IMG/VR virus record: IMGVR_UViG_2681813556_000004 | Location: 1-64,000 of that record | DNA: 64,000 bases | Reading direction: 5' to 3' (one strand) | Origin: a virus | Taxonomy: Duplodnaviria > Caudoviricetes | Part shown: positions 53,007-63,196 of the stretch, one piece after another | Layout of the letters: the number at the start of each line of letters is the position of its first letter | How positions within the stretch are numbered: position 1 is the stretch's first letter | Position numbers and translations under genes: made by a program | The notes under the pieces: model-generated | The model's database searches: none | Told to the model about the DNA's origin: nothing | The model's input: the letters and a program-made list of their open reading frames with translations, nothing else

Positions 53007-54220
53007 CAGGCCACCTCTGCTTCATGCAGCCTGACATCGACCCAACGTCCGCCGGGCACGTCTATCGGATTGCCTGCGATCCAGAGGCCATTGTCCCAGA
53101 CAGGCTCCGCGACGGTGATGGTCAGCACACCATCCGCCCAGCCGGTGGTTACATGGCACAGCCGGTTCCCGTTGTGATCACGGGGCACCTCGATCTGCCA
53201 GCCGGATTGCGCGAGGCCGAGGCTGCCGGTGATCTGGTAGACTCCGGTTTCGCTGCGGGTGATGGCAACACCGCTGGCGTCCGAGTTGACCGCGCCATCG
53301 CCCGCTGCCGCAAAGCCCTGGCCTGCGTCGGCCCCGCCGCCGACGCGCGCAATGGGCGAGGCTGATTTCACAAAGCCGTTGACATCGACAGTGGTGTTTG
53401 CCGTGTTGCGCACCTGGTGCCAGCTGCTCCAGACGCCATTCCCGTAACGGCGCATCCAAGTCTCGTCCGAGTTGGCCATAGCCGCCCGCATAACGCGCAG
53501 GGTGAAGAACGTCGGGCTGAATCGCTCGACCACGACGCTGCCGTAGTTACCGCTGACAAAGCCCGGAGGCATGTCGGTCTGATCCGCCGTCCCTGGTCCA
53601 AAGACATAGACCCCGCTTGGCGCATCTGTGCGTATCCACGAACCGATGTTCACCGGGGCGCTGTCAAGCGACCCCCAGCCGAAATCTCCAACCTTGGTGA
53701 CGCGCCCCGCTGTGGCATCGGTTGAAGATTGGGTCACGGCGGCGCCCGTCAGCGGCACATCGACCTGGAATGCGGCGTTGCTCAGCAGCGCCCTGCGCGT
53801 GCCCCCGGCAACAAAGCCGAGTTGATTTGAGGCGGGGTTGTTCAGGCCGGTGTCTACATCACCAGCGAAGCTGACACCCGGCAGTGCGTTCGTCCCTGCC
53901 GGAAACTTCCCTGCCAAGGCGCCGGCCATATATCCAGACAGGTTCGCCCGAACCTGGTTCAACAGGTCATAGGTTTCCCTGACCACACCGCGCGTCGGCT
54001 GGATCGCATAGGTTTGCCCCGAGGCATTGGAGCCCAGATACCCCTTGTCCAGAGTCAGGGTAGTATTGCTGGAGATCCCGACAATTTCGTAGACGCGGCC
54101 ATCGGGTAGATGGATTGCATCGGACACAGCCGCGTTGGCGATCCATGCCGTTCCAGTGCCGGTGACGGTTGTGTTGCCGTTGGTCACGGCAATCGTTCCT
54201 GTGCGATACCAATTCGACAC
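53006..54220 (-). CDS. Tail fibre protein (knob-type)
   Basis: WYRTGTIAVTNG..VTGTGTAW N-terminus; GRVTKVGDFG; WSSWHQV...TTVDVNGFVKSASP. Confidence 0.85.
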   Translation of the reverse strand: MSNWYRTGTIAVTNGNTTVTGTGTAWIANAAVSDAIHLPDGRVYEIVGISSNTTLTLDKGYLGSNASGQTYAIQPTRGVVRETYDLLNQVRANLSGYMAGALAGKFPAGTNALPGVSFAGDVDTGLNNPASNQLGFVAGGTRRALLSNAAFQVDVPLTGAAVTQSSTDATAGRVTKVGDFGWGSLDSAPVNIGSWIRTDAPSGVYVFGPGTADQTDMPPGFVSGNYGSVVVERFSPTFFTLRVMRAAMANSDETWMRRYGNGVWSSWHQVRNTANTTVDVNGFVKSASPIARVGGGADAGQGFAAAGDGAVNSDASGVAITRSETGVYQITGSLGLAQSGWQIEVPRDHNGNRLCHVTTGWADGVLTITVAEPVWDNGLWIAGNPIDVPGGRWVDVRLHEAEVA

Positions 54221-54346
54221 TTCTGTCTCCTGCGGACATGACTATGCGCGCCCGGCCAAAACTGGCGGGGCGGGCGGTTTCAGGTTCGGCTATGCCGGGA
54301 ATGCTGCGAGTCTAGACCAGTTTTCCTACCAAAGGTAGCGATCAGC

Positions 54347-57300
54347 CTAGCGCTTCATTTCTGTCGTCTGCATGAACACGTTTTTGACCCTCGGACTATA
54401 TGGTGCAACGCGCTTCGCCCGCACCTCTATCGTCATCATCGACGCCGCGCCGGCCTGAACGATGAGCCCGAATGTCACGATCTGCTCCTCGTACATGTAT
54501 TGCGTGTAGACATCCACGTTCACGTTGTTGCCGCCGGTGACGTACCCCGTCGCGCCGGTTGTCAGCTGCCAGATATTCGATGACGCGCGAAAGGTTCGCT
54601 GGACGATCCCGTTCCTGACCACTTCAATGTCGCACGCCCCATCATTGATGCCCATTGTCAGAAGTGTGGATACAGGTTTGCCGTCCGTCTCGGTGGTGAC
54701 GGAGATGAGCGTGGTGAAGTCATCCACGATCTGCACATCGTCCGGTGCAAAACTGGCGGTGGTATTGCTGACAGCGCCCTCACGCAGCGCCAGTGTGCCG
54801 AATTCAGCGTTGCCGGAACTGTCGATCCTCCATCCATCGCCGTATCGACCGGCAGAGTAATTGGCGGATCGCAACTCTCCGCCAAAGACGGCAAGGCCCG
54901 AGGCGTTGAAGTCGATGGTGTCGATCAGGTTGGTGGTGATGCTGTTTGGCGTCAGAAAGGTGCGACCATCCCGCTGCCGAACCACCTCGATATTGGTGAC
55001 AAATGCGTTTCCGCTGCCTCCGCCGCCACGGCGCAGCCCGATGTCCACCGTGGCCGCATTTGCCGGGACGGATATGTCCTCCGCGAAGGTCGCCCAAGAG
55101 GTGGCCGAGGCGTTGGCGACACCAATCACGTTTTGCCCAAGCGCCTCCCCGTCCGGGCCGAACCAACTGAACAGCAAGCGCAGGGTGGCGGATCTTGGTG
55201 TGGCTCCCTGCATTGCATAGCTGAACCGCGCATGGAACCTGTCGCCCTCGCGCGCCGCGACGCCCGTCGCCATGGTGGCGGTCCGGGTGGAGCCCGTGCT
55301 GCCGATCCGAAGGAAATGCGCAGTCGGGGCCGACTGGCCTGCCGGATCGTTCGCCCCCTCGCGCGCCGCGACGGAGAATGTCGCCGGCACCGCTTCCCAT
55401 CCTCGGAGATCACCATAGAGGAATCGCCCGTTCGGTATGCTGCTGCCATCAAAATCGGTGATGACCAACTGCTTCGCGGCAACGGACCCATCCAGAAGGA
55501 TGTCGTCTGCCTTCAGCTTGGCCACCGAAGCTGTGCCGTTGGAGCCATCCGCTGCGATCAGATCGAGAAGCGAAACGGCACCTCCCGCCTGCGCCTTGAT
55601 CAGATATCCGGCTGACGCCCCGTCTTGCAGGGTGGCAATCGCGGTGCCTTGGCTGGTGATCTTCGCAGAGCTTCCCCCCGCGTCCACATCAAGCTGCGTC
55701 AGCAGGACGCCAAGCGCGGTCCCGTTCAGCTTTGACATGTCGAGACCACGAACATCGGAGATCTGCCCGGACAGGCTGCTGATTTCCGGCAGTTCCCCTG
55801 CGACCGATGCAATCTCGATGAACACTCGGGCAATCTGAACAGCCCGGCCAGCCTTGTCGTGGTCTCCGAAGATCCCGAGATACCCCGGCCCACCGCTGAT
55901 GGAAGGCGGGATTGTCAGGTGGAAGACATGCCATGCCCAGGCAGTCGTCAGGTTCTGGTTAGACGCCACATACCCGGAGTTCCCGTTGTCATTGGTGGAA
56001 TAGCAGACGCCAAAGCGGGTCGCGGGATTGCTCGATGGTCGCTTCGCCAGGACGCCGACCTTGATGCGTTGCCCGGCGAACAGCACGGCGCGCGCCATGG
56101 GGATCTGCACATAAGCGCCATTCGTGTAGCCTGTCAGAACGCGAGGGGCACTTCCTTCCGCAACGATGATCGTGCCGACCTGCCCAAGTGCCGACCCACC
56201 AAGGGAAAGGGTGACGGCTTCACCGGCGGTCAATGTCGCCAGCGTGTCGAGGGTGCGTTGGAAGCCCTGAATCGTGTCGGCCACGTTGTCGATCGAGGCC
56301 GTGAGCGCGTTTGCGGAGGCCGAAATAGCATCATTCGTGCTGGCCGATGTCATGTAGGCCGAAAGGGCCGCGGCTTTCACCTGCCCGGTTTCCGGGGTGA
56401 AGTATTCCGCCTCGAAGGTCTCGATCCTGGTGGAAATGGCCTCATCCGTGGCCGCTGTGGTGTAGTAGTTCGTCAGAATGCCAGCCTTGATCTGCCCATT
56501 CGGGTTGCGAAGGGCGGAATTGAGTTCATCCACCTTGGCTGCGATGGCGCCGTCCGTATCGACCTTGGTGTAATAGTCGCTGGTCAATGTCGCCGCGACT
56601 TCCGCGGCAGCGCCGACGCTTGCCACACTGATGATATCGACTTCAGCAACAGGCGCCCCCGCATACTGCGCACCACGAAACAGGAGGCCCGGCCGCACAT
56701 ATCCGGCACCAGCCGGCGCCGCGCGGTCGATGGTGTGGACGCTCCATGCAGCGCCGGGAGCAACGGAGAGGTCGTTGGATTGAGAGGAAAGCGCGGTCCA
56801 CGAACCGGCAGGAATCCAGGTCCACTGGATGCGAAGACCGTTGTTGCCCCCGCTGCCGCCGATTGCGCGCACCCTGACGGTGATGCGGATCGTCTCGCCT
56901 TCCCGCACGGGCAGGACGCCTCGGGTCCGCAGCGCCGGTGTATTGGCCGCGCCGATTGCGACGGAGGCTTTTCCATCAGCAACTGACCATGCCGGATCCA
57001 GCGCGGCTGCAACATCCGGGGCGGCGCTGGCGCTGCTGGTCCAGTCAGCCGCTCCGGCCAGGAAGTCGCTTTTCGGCGCGGTCGCGGTCAGTACGGATCG
57101 CAGTTCCAACTGCGACGCCGCTATGGCCTCGTTCGCAGCGGTCTTGGTGTAATAGTTCTGCTCCAGATCGGCGGTGACATTTCCCACCGCTGTATTCGCC
57201 GCTGCTGCCGCTGCTGCCGCATCCGTCGCCACCTTGTCCGTTACCGCTGCCCACGCGCTGCCGTTCCATCGCTTGGGGGTGTTCGCCCCGCCCGTGGTGT

Positions 57301-59812
57301 CGATCCACAGGTTCTGTGCCAACCGTTCCGATGCGGCAGGGGCTGCGGACTGGAAGAACACCTTGCCCTTGCCGCCTGCGAGGTCCGAGGCCGCCTGCGC
57401 CGCGTCCTGCGCCTGCTTCACCGATCCGCCTGCACCTTCCATGGTGGATTTCAAGGTGGTGGACGCAGCCGAAATGGCCGCATCTGCATCGGTCTTTGTA
57501 TAATAATCGCTGCTCAGAGTGGCGGCGAGGCCGCCGATGGCGCCTTCTGGTCCGGTCAGACTGCTTTCCAGTGCCATGGTGGCCGCCGAAATGGCGAGGT
57601 CCGCGGCAGTCTTGGTATAGTAGTCTGCGGACAAGGTTGCCGTCAGGCTGCCAATCGCCCCCTCTGGTGCCGTCAAGCTGCTTTCCAGCGCCATGGTTGC
57701 GGCGGCGATAGCGGCATCCGCGCCGGACTTGGTGTAATAGTTCACTGAGAGGTTGGCCGAAACATCGTCGACATCTGCCAGCAGGCTCGTCATCTGGGCG
57801 GCCATCGCAGTATCGGCGGTGGCTCTTGCAACCTCCTCGGTCCTGATTGCGGTCTCGGCCCCGCTCAAACGCGCCGATAGCAGTTGCAGGTTGGTGGAGG
57901 TGGCCTCCACCCCTTCTTGAACGAATGCCCGCGTCTGCTGGACAGCGGTGGCAAGTTCCGTCGCCGCGTTTTGCTCGCCCACGAACTCTGACAGCGCCAG
58001 CATGAGTCGTGTCATGTCATCGGCTGCCATGCCCCGATAGATCGGGCCGGTGGCGATCAGGCTTCGCTCATAGGCGGCTTCCGCCGTCAATTCCTCGGTC
58101 TGTGTGCGGGTATAGTAGTTTTCCGCAAGGTTTGCGGCGAGACCGCCAATCGCGCCCTCGGGTGCCGTCAGGCCGCTTTCCAGCGCCATAGTGGCGGCGG
58201 ACATCGCCATATCGGCCTGGGTTTTGGTGTAATAGTCGCTCGTCAAGGTCGCTGTCAGGCCACCGATAGAACCCTCTGGCGCCTCCATTGAGGATTTGAG
58301 CGCAAGGGTTGCCGCGCTGATCGCAGTGTCGGCGGCGGCCTTGGTGTAATAGTTCTGCGCGAGGTTTGCGTTGAAGTCGCCCATCGTCGTTCCCAGAGAG
58401 GTGATCTGGGCGGCGATGGATGCGTTTTCATCAATGCGCAGGGTCATTTCCTGCTGCAAGGTGGCTACGGAGCCATTGAGGGTCGCGGCCAGCGTGGTTC
58501 GCGCACTGGCTTCGGCCAGCAGGCCATCATCCACATAAGCGCGGATCTGGGTCTGCGCCAAAGCAAGGTCTTCCCGCGCGGCCTCGCCCTCCATGTGGGC
58601 CTGCAACAGTGCATGGAGGTTGGAAAGATCGCCGGCCTCGACACCGGCAAGGGTGCTGCGTGCGGACTGGACAGTCTGGATGATGGACGGGCCATCCAAG
58701 GCGGACAGGGTAATCTCTGCCGCGTCAAGGCGGGACTCGACCCCCTGGAACTCGGAATTTGTGACGCGCAGGGCTATTTCCGCTTCCAGCCCGTCAATGT
58801 CGATTTCTGCCTGGGTCAGCCGCACCGTCATATCCGACACGGTGAGGCTGTCAGCCTTGAGTTCGATGGCGGCGAGGGCACCGCTCAGGCCAATTTCGGC
58901 GGTCGTGATGCGCAGATCGAGATCTTCGATGATCGGAATCTGGGTCGGGTCCAGCACCGCATTGCTGATTGCGGTGTTCACATAGGCGACCGAAGCCTTG
59001 AGGGAGATTTCGGCCTGCACTGCGTCCAGGTTGATCTGGGCCTGCGAAACCCGATCCTCGATGGTGTCTATACCAGCGATCCGAACCCGGCCATTTGCGG
59101 GGTCTACCCAGATGCCTGCGTCGGTGATGCGCTTTTCGGTGGCGAACTGGAGGGCCTGCAATCCGGCCAGCCGGTCATAGATTGCGTCAACGGCATCCTC
59201 GGATCGCCAGATGCGCAGCCGGTCGATGTCGATTTCGGTGGAAAGGTCGGCAATGTCGCTTGCGACCTCGGCGGCCATATTGCCCACGACCTGTTCCAGA
59301 TCGTTCAGTGCCTGCGCGGTCTGCTGGATTGCCTCGGCGGCCTGTTCCAGGCCAACTGTGACTTCCTCGTCAATCAGGTCAACGTCAGCGCGCAGGGTAT
59401 TGAGGTCTTTGTCGATCTGGGCGCGGACATAGCCCAGGCTCTCGGCGGATTCGGCCTGCACGCGGTCGATCAACTGCGACAGGTTGGAGGTGAATCCCTC
59501 GGTCAGGGCGTCCAGTTCTTCCCTGATCTGCTGGGATATGTAAGCCGCGCGCCGTGCCTGCGCCGCTGCCGCATCAGCGGCGGCCCGTAGATCGGCCACC
59601 TGCTGGGCCAGCCCTTCTGCACTGGTGCTACTGCCACCGGCACTGGCGGCGCCAATCGCTGCCGCCGCCTTTCTGGCGGTCAGGTCTGCCATGGATTGCA
59701 GATCGGCTGTCAGTTTCTTGAGGTCGCGGAACCTGACGGCATGGTCGGGCTGCTTGCCACGTTCCCCCAGAAGGGTTTCCACCTTGGATTTGAGGATCGG
59801 ATCATCCCTCAT
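54347..59812 (-). CDS. Long tail fibre/host-specificity protein with coiled-coil repeats, CBM-like domains and lambda-J-like C-terminus
   Basis: ATG 59812 overlaps the upstream stop; 39-aa YYTK repeats; IPNGRF..GDLRGW CBM-like; LRSANY...GWRIDSSGNAEF. Confidence 0.8.
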   Translation of the reverse strand: MRDDPILKSKVETLLGERGKQPDHAVRFRDLKKLTADLQSMADLTARKAAAAIGAASAGGSSTSAEGLAQQVADLRAAADAAAAQARRAAYISQQIREELDALTEGFTSNLSQLIDRVQAESAESLGYVRAQIDKDLNTLRADVDLIDEEVTVGLEQAAEAIQQTAQALNDLEQVVGNMAAEVASDIADLSTEIDIDRLRIWRSEDAVDAIYDRLAGLQALQFATEKRITDAGIWVDPANGRVRIAGIDTIEDRVSQAQINLDAVQAEISLKASVAYVNTAISNAVLDPTQIPIIEDLDLRITTAEIGLSGALAAIELKADSLTVSDMTVRLTQAEIDIDGLEAEIALRVTNSEFQGVESRLDAAEITLSALDGPSIIQTVQSARSTLAGVEAGDLSNLHALLQAHMEGEAAREDLALAQTQIRAYVDDGLLAEASARTTLAATLNGSVATLQQEMTLRIDENASIAAQITSLGTTMGDFNANLAQNYYTKAAADTAISAATLALKSSMEAPEGSIGGLTATLTSDYYTKTQADMAMSAATMALESGLTAPEGAIGGLAANLAENYYTRTQTEELTAEAAYERSLIATGPIYRGMAADDMTRLMLALSEFVGEQNAATELATAVQQTRAFVQEGVEATSTNLQLLSARLSGAETAIRTEEVARATADTAMAAQMTSLLADVDDVSANLSVNYYTKSGADAAIAAATMALESSLTAPEGAIGSLTATLSADYYTKTAADLAISAATMALESSLTGPEGAIGGLAATLSSDYYTKTDADAAISAASTTLKSTMEGAGGSVKQAQDAAQAASDLAGGKGKVFFQSAAPAASERLAQNLWIDTTGGANTPKRWNGSAWAAVTDKVATDAAAAAAAANTAVGNVTADLEQNYYTKTAANEAIAASQLELRSVLTATAPKSDFLAGAADWTSSASAAPDVAAALDPAWSVADGKASVAIGAANTPALRTRGVLPVREGETIRITVRVRAIGGSGGNNGLRIQWTWIPAGSWTALSSQSNDLSVAPGAAWSVHTIDRAAPAGAGYVRPGLLFRGAQYAGAPVAEVDIISVASVGAAAEVAATLTSDYYTKVDTDGAIAAKVDELNSALRNPNGQIKAGILTNYYTTAATDEAISTRIETFEAEYFTPETGQVKAAALSAYMTSASTNDAISASANALTASIDNVADTIQGFQRTLDTLATLTAGEAVTLSLGGSALGQVGTIIVAEGSAPRVLTGYTNGAYVQIPMARAVLFAGQRIKVGVLAKRPSSNPATRFGVCYSTNDNGNSGYVASNQNLTTAWAWHVFHLTIPPSISGGPGYLGIFGDHDKAGRAVQIARVFIEIASVAGELPEISSLSGQISDVRGLDMSKLNGTALGVLLTQLDVDAGGSSAKITSQGTAIATLQDGASAGYLIKAQAGGAVSLLDLIAADGSNGTASVAKLKADDILLDGSVAAKQLVITDFDGSSIPNGRFLYGDLRGWEAVPATFSVAAREGANDPAGQSAPTAHFLRIGSTGSTRTATMATGVAAREGDRFHARFSYAMQGATPRSATLRLLFSWFGPDGEALGQNVIGVANASATSWATFAEDISVPANAATVDIGLRRGGGGSGNAFVTNIEVVRQRDGRTFLTPNSITTNLIDTIDFNASGLAVFGGELRSANYSAGRYGDGWRIDSSGNAEFGTLALREGAVSNTTASFAPDDVQIVDDFTTLISVTTETDGKPVSTLLTMGINDGACDIEVVRNGIVQRTFRASSNIWQLTTGATGYVTGGNNVNVDVYTQYMYEEQIVTFGLIVQAGAASMMTIEVRAKRVAPYSPRVKNVFMQTTEMKR
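56290..58400 (-). repeat. Intragenic 117-bp (39-aa) repeats in the long fibre
   Basis: Nine YYT[K/R/T] units, e.g. YYTKAAADTAISAATLALKSSMEAPEGSIGGLTATLTSD, in blocks of three. Confidence 0.85.
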
Positions 59813-62511
59813 TGCCACACCTCATCGGGCACTCCGGCCAGCACGATACGAGTGGTCGATACATTGCCTGCGACCTCGACCTGCCACTCGGTTGCCAATA
59901 CGGGGGGAAGCCGCTCGATGCGGCCAAAGGCTGATGCGCCGGATGTCTCGCGGATCAGGTTGCCATCGGCCCATACCTTGAAATCCAGTGCTGGCACGGC
60001 GCCGGCCAAGGGTTTTGCATCAACCATGATACAGCCGAAGTTCACCGGGCCAGGGAGGCGCATGGGCTTGGACCGCCAGAGATAGGTGCCGATCTGTTCC
60101 GATGGATCATCGACGCTGACCACAGTGAGGCGATCAGCTTGCAACGCGAACAATCGCCCGGTCTCGCGGTGGTGGATCAGCGATGTCAGGCCGACAGGTG
60201 CCGCTGGCACCAGGTAGGGCTGCTGGCCTGATACATCGACATAGGCAAGCTGGCGATTTGCACTGCCGATGGGCTGATATGACATCGCATAGCGCCCGCG
60301 CGAGGCGGCGGCGTGGATGGTGGCCGGCGCTATCTGGCGCCATTGATCAACATCCCAGAGGGCTTGCGATACCACTGATGCCCCGCTCTGGCTGATCTGG
60401 ACGAGGCCCTCCGTGGATGGATAGACCGCGAAATGGCCCAGATCGACGATGCCTGCCTTGGACAGGCACGGAAGGGACACCTCCATGCGGGTGAGTGCCA
60501 TGGAGTCAGGGTGGAGACCTTGGGCGACGTAGGGCGTGGCGGTTGTCAGAATGGCAAGTGATGTGCCGAAGGCGGCAAGTCCGACGATCTGATCTGAGAC
60601 GGTCAAGACATACTTCTCGGGCCAGGCATGGGGTTGATAGGGTTCCGAAAAGCAGACCTTGCGCCCGCTGAATGCGGCCATGATCCCGTTGGGCATTGCG
60701 ATGATACCGGCCAGATCGGCCGGCGGCGGGTCAAAATCCGTGCTTGGCATCACCTCCTGCGGGGGCTTGACGGTTGGATCGTGCGTATAGATCGTCGTGG
60801 CGGCTGGTACCTCGTCCACGAAAAAGAACTCGGTGGCGCCCGCTGCGCTGGTAACGGACCTGTAGACGCGCTTGTGGGTGATCAGGCGGCCCGCAGGTGC
60901 TGCCGCCGACATGGTGACGGTCACAATCTGATTGTCGTGGGCGTCGATTGGGGCGCTTGCCAGCGAGGGCTGCGATTCCTCGCCCAGCGATGTGACATAG
61001 GTATAGGCATAGAGGACCGTTTCGGTGGTCAGATCGCCTGCCATGCCGAATACCTCGACCTCCATGGCGCCGATACGTTTGATCCTCACCGGATCATTGG
61101 CCGCCGATGGCAAGGAAATGGCTACTGCCTGGTCGGACGTGACTGCGATGATCGTCTCGCCCGAAGTTGCCGATGTGTCGCGCGTGACTGCCCGGTATGT
61201 CGAGGCGGTCGTGATCCATTCGCTCCCCGAGTAGGTGAACCGCGTGCAGGCACCCCCCGGATAGATCGTCGCTGGCAGCGCGGCCCCGTTGATCTGCGTT
61301 CCCATCGGGAGGATCACAGCCCGGCGGTCGCCCAGCACGCCTACATCGATCGTATCGCCCACGCTGCCGGAGGGCGGCATGGAGAAGATGATGGTTTCGG
61401 GAGCGGAGGTGGTCAGGAACCGTCGCACCTTCATCGTTTCCAGCGCGGCATCGGCTGCGGTGGAAAGGTAGCTATCGTCGAAGGCGCCACCGATCTTCAG
61501 GACACGCCAGTTCGTGCCGGTCCAGATGAAGGCGTGCCGGTCGCCCTGAGCGGAAATCGTGAATGATGCACCCCCACCGAAGAAGCTGGCGCCGGGAGCG
61601 TTCACAGTGACGGCAGCAGCGCCCTTGCGCTCCACGGAGACCGTCGATCCGGCTGGCAATCCAGAAGTTGCCGGCAGGCTGACAGCGACACCCCGGGCTC
61701 CGTTCACGCTGATATTCTGGCCAGCAGCGGCGGCGTGGGCATAGGTCGAGTCTTCGCTGGTCGGCGGCGTCAGGATTGTTCCTGGCGGCGCGATCAGTAT
61801 TGCAATCCATGCCGTGCCGTTGAACAGCAACGCCAGACGCTGGCCAGCCCCATCAAGGGAAATGTCACCGGCCCTGCCGACGATGGCCCTGCCATTGCGG
61901 TGGACTCTGACGATCCCGGTGCCCTCGTTCACAACCCCGACGCAATCGCCGCCAGTGGGCGCAGCGGGCAGGCAGGCCACGAGGCGCTTGTTTGCGGATT
62001 TCGGGTTGGCGATGTTGACGGTTCCTGCCACCAGATCGGCACCGGATGCGTGCAGCGTGACCGGAATTGTCGCGGCGGCTGAGACCCATTTCTCCCCGTC
62101 ATGGGTGAAACTGCGAGCGGCCCCGTCCGTGGCCAGGGTCTCTCGCTCAGCGATTGCCGGGGCAGTGACACCGGGTGTTTCGTTGGGCGCAGGCAGGGCC
62201 AGGCCATAGTAGACCCCGCTGTAGAGCATCTGCGGGGCACCTGCTGCGCCACGGGTGATGTAAAGGCGATCCTGAGCCACGGGACCGGCAGCAGCATCGG
62301 CATCATGGTTCCAGCCCAGCCATGTCGATCCGTGCAAATGGATGCGCTGTGCGACGGCCCCCAGCACGGTCGCCTGCGCGTTCCCCCGCATGGGGGCAAG
62401 ATCGCCATTGGTCAGCTTGGCATTGCTGACGGCGGCGGCGTTCTGCGGGGGCAGATAGGCAGGATTCAGCTTCGGGATTTCACCGGCGAACCCTTCGAAC
62501 GTGATCTTCAT
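59809..62511 (-). CDS. Tail tubular/nozzle (stabilisation) protein with about 370-aa internal insertion
   Basis: FAGEIPKL..AYLP N-terminus; YAYTYVTSLGEESQPS; IIAMPNGIMAAF...FSEPYQPHAWP; WRSK. Confidence 0.8.
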   Translation of the reverse strand: MKITFEGFAGEIPKLNPAYLPPQNAAAVSNAKLTNGDLAPMRGNAQATVLGAVAQRIHLHGSTWLGWNHDADAAAGPVAQDRLYITRGAAGAPQMLYSGVYYGLALPAPNETPGVTAPAIAERETLATDGAARSFTHDGEKWVSAAATIPVTLHASGADLVAGTVNIANPKSANKRLVACLPAAPTGGDCVGVVNEGTGIVRVHRNGRAIVGRAGDISLDGAGQRLALLFNGTAWIAILIAPPGTILTPPTSEDSTYAHAAAAGQNISVNGARGVAVSLPATSGLPAGSTVSVERKGAAAVTVNAPGASFFGGGASFTISAQGDRHAFIWTGTNWRVLKIGGAFDDSYLSTAADAALETMKVRRFLTTSAPETIIFSMPPSGSVGDTIDVGVLGDRRAVILPMGTQINGAALPATIYPGGACTRFTYSGSEWITTASTYRAVTRDTSATSGETIIAVTSDQAVAISLPSAANDPVRIKRIGAMEVEVFGMAGDLTTETVLYAYTYVTSLGEESQPSLASAPIDAHDNQIVTVTMSAAAPAGRLITHKRVYRSVTSAAGATEFFFVDEVPAATTIYTHDPTVKPPQEVMPSTDFDPPPADLAGIIAMPNGIMAAFSGRKVCFSEPYQPHAWPEKYVLTVSDQIVGLAAFGTSLAILTTATPYVAQGLHPDSMALTRMEVSLPCLSKAGIVDLGHFAVYPSTEGLVQISQSGASVVSQALWDVDQWRQIAPATIHAAASRGRYAMSYQPIGSANRQLAYVDVSGQQPYLVPAAPVGLTSLIHHRETGRLFALQADRLTVVSVDDPSEQIGTYLWRSKPMRLPGPVNFGCIMVDAKPLAGAVPALDFKVWADGNLIRETSGASAFGRIERLPPVLATEWQVEVAGNVSTTRIVLAGVPDEVWQ

Positions 62512-62514
62512 GTC

Positions 62515-63180
62515 TCAGAACCATCTGGCGGTGGTGCGGATCTTCGCGCGGGTTTGCGTGCGCATGTGGGTCGAGAAGGCAGAGTTGCAGGCGCGTTCGA
62601 AGCGTTCGAGGTGGAACATGGCGCGCTTTGGATCGGTCCAGCGTTCCTCTGGTGTTGCGAGGATGCGGGCGAGGGCGCCATCGGTGATGGCCTCGGCCTT
62701 CTGAATTGACAGAAACTCCGGCACGACATTGTAGGCATCGTGCAGCGGGTCGTTGGGGTCTGTTCCGAATAGCTGGCCGCTACGGGGTTTCAGGAACAGC
62801 GAGACACGCAGCAGGCCAGCCTGGAACGGATAGATGGACACCGTGTTCTGGTCGATCTGAGTAAGGTACCTCGGGCGGCCAATCTGGACGGCCCCGGTCA
62901 ACTCGTCTGGGTCCGTATCCGTCCATTGAGTGGGGGTCAGCGGAGCCCCGTCATGGGTCGCTTCCTCGATTTCATGGATGGCTGAATAGTCCGGGGCGAC
63001 GATGGCCTGACCATTGGCGGTCAAGCTCACCTCGATGATGTGGCGCCAGCACCGGGTGCGCTCGCAGAACTCGATGGCCGCGAGCCGTGCGGCCTGCTCT
63101 GCGAAGAAGCGGGGGCAGCCGGGGGCCTGCGGCAGGATGATCGGCAGGAAAACCGCCGTTCTGATGACAGGCAGAGCCAC
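62515..63180 (-). CDS. Tail tubular/adaptor protein
   Basis: FLPIILPQAPGCP...RLAAIEFCERTRCWR; position between head-tail connector and nozzle. Confidence 0.7.
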   Translation of the reverse strand: MALPVIRTAVFLPIILPQAPGCPRFFAEQAARLAAIEFCERTRCWRHIIEVSLTANGQAIVAPDYSAIHEIEEATHDGAPLTPTQWTDTDPDELTGAVQIGRPRYLTQIDQNTVSIYPFQAGLLRVSLFLKPRSGQLFGTDPNDPLHDAYNVVPEFLSIQKAEAITDGALARILATPEERWTDPKRAMFHLERFERACNSAFSTHMRTQTRAKIRTTARWF

Positions 63181-63196
63181 CGGCTATCTCCTTGGA

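Noticed and set aside
53006-59812. Diversity-generating retroelement or invertible tail-fibre cassette
   Set aside because: No reverse transcriptase, template/variable repeat pair or flanking inverted sites seen; the resolvase belongs to the other element
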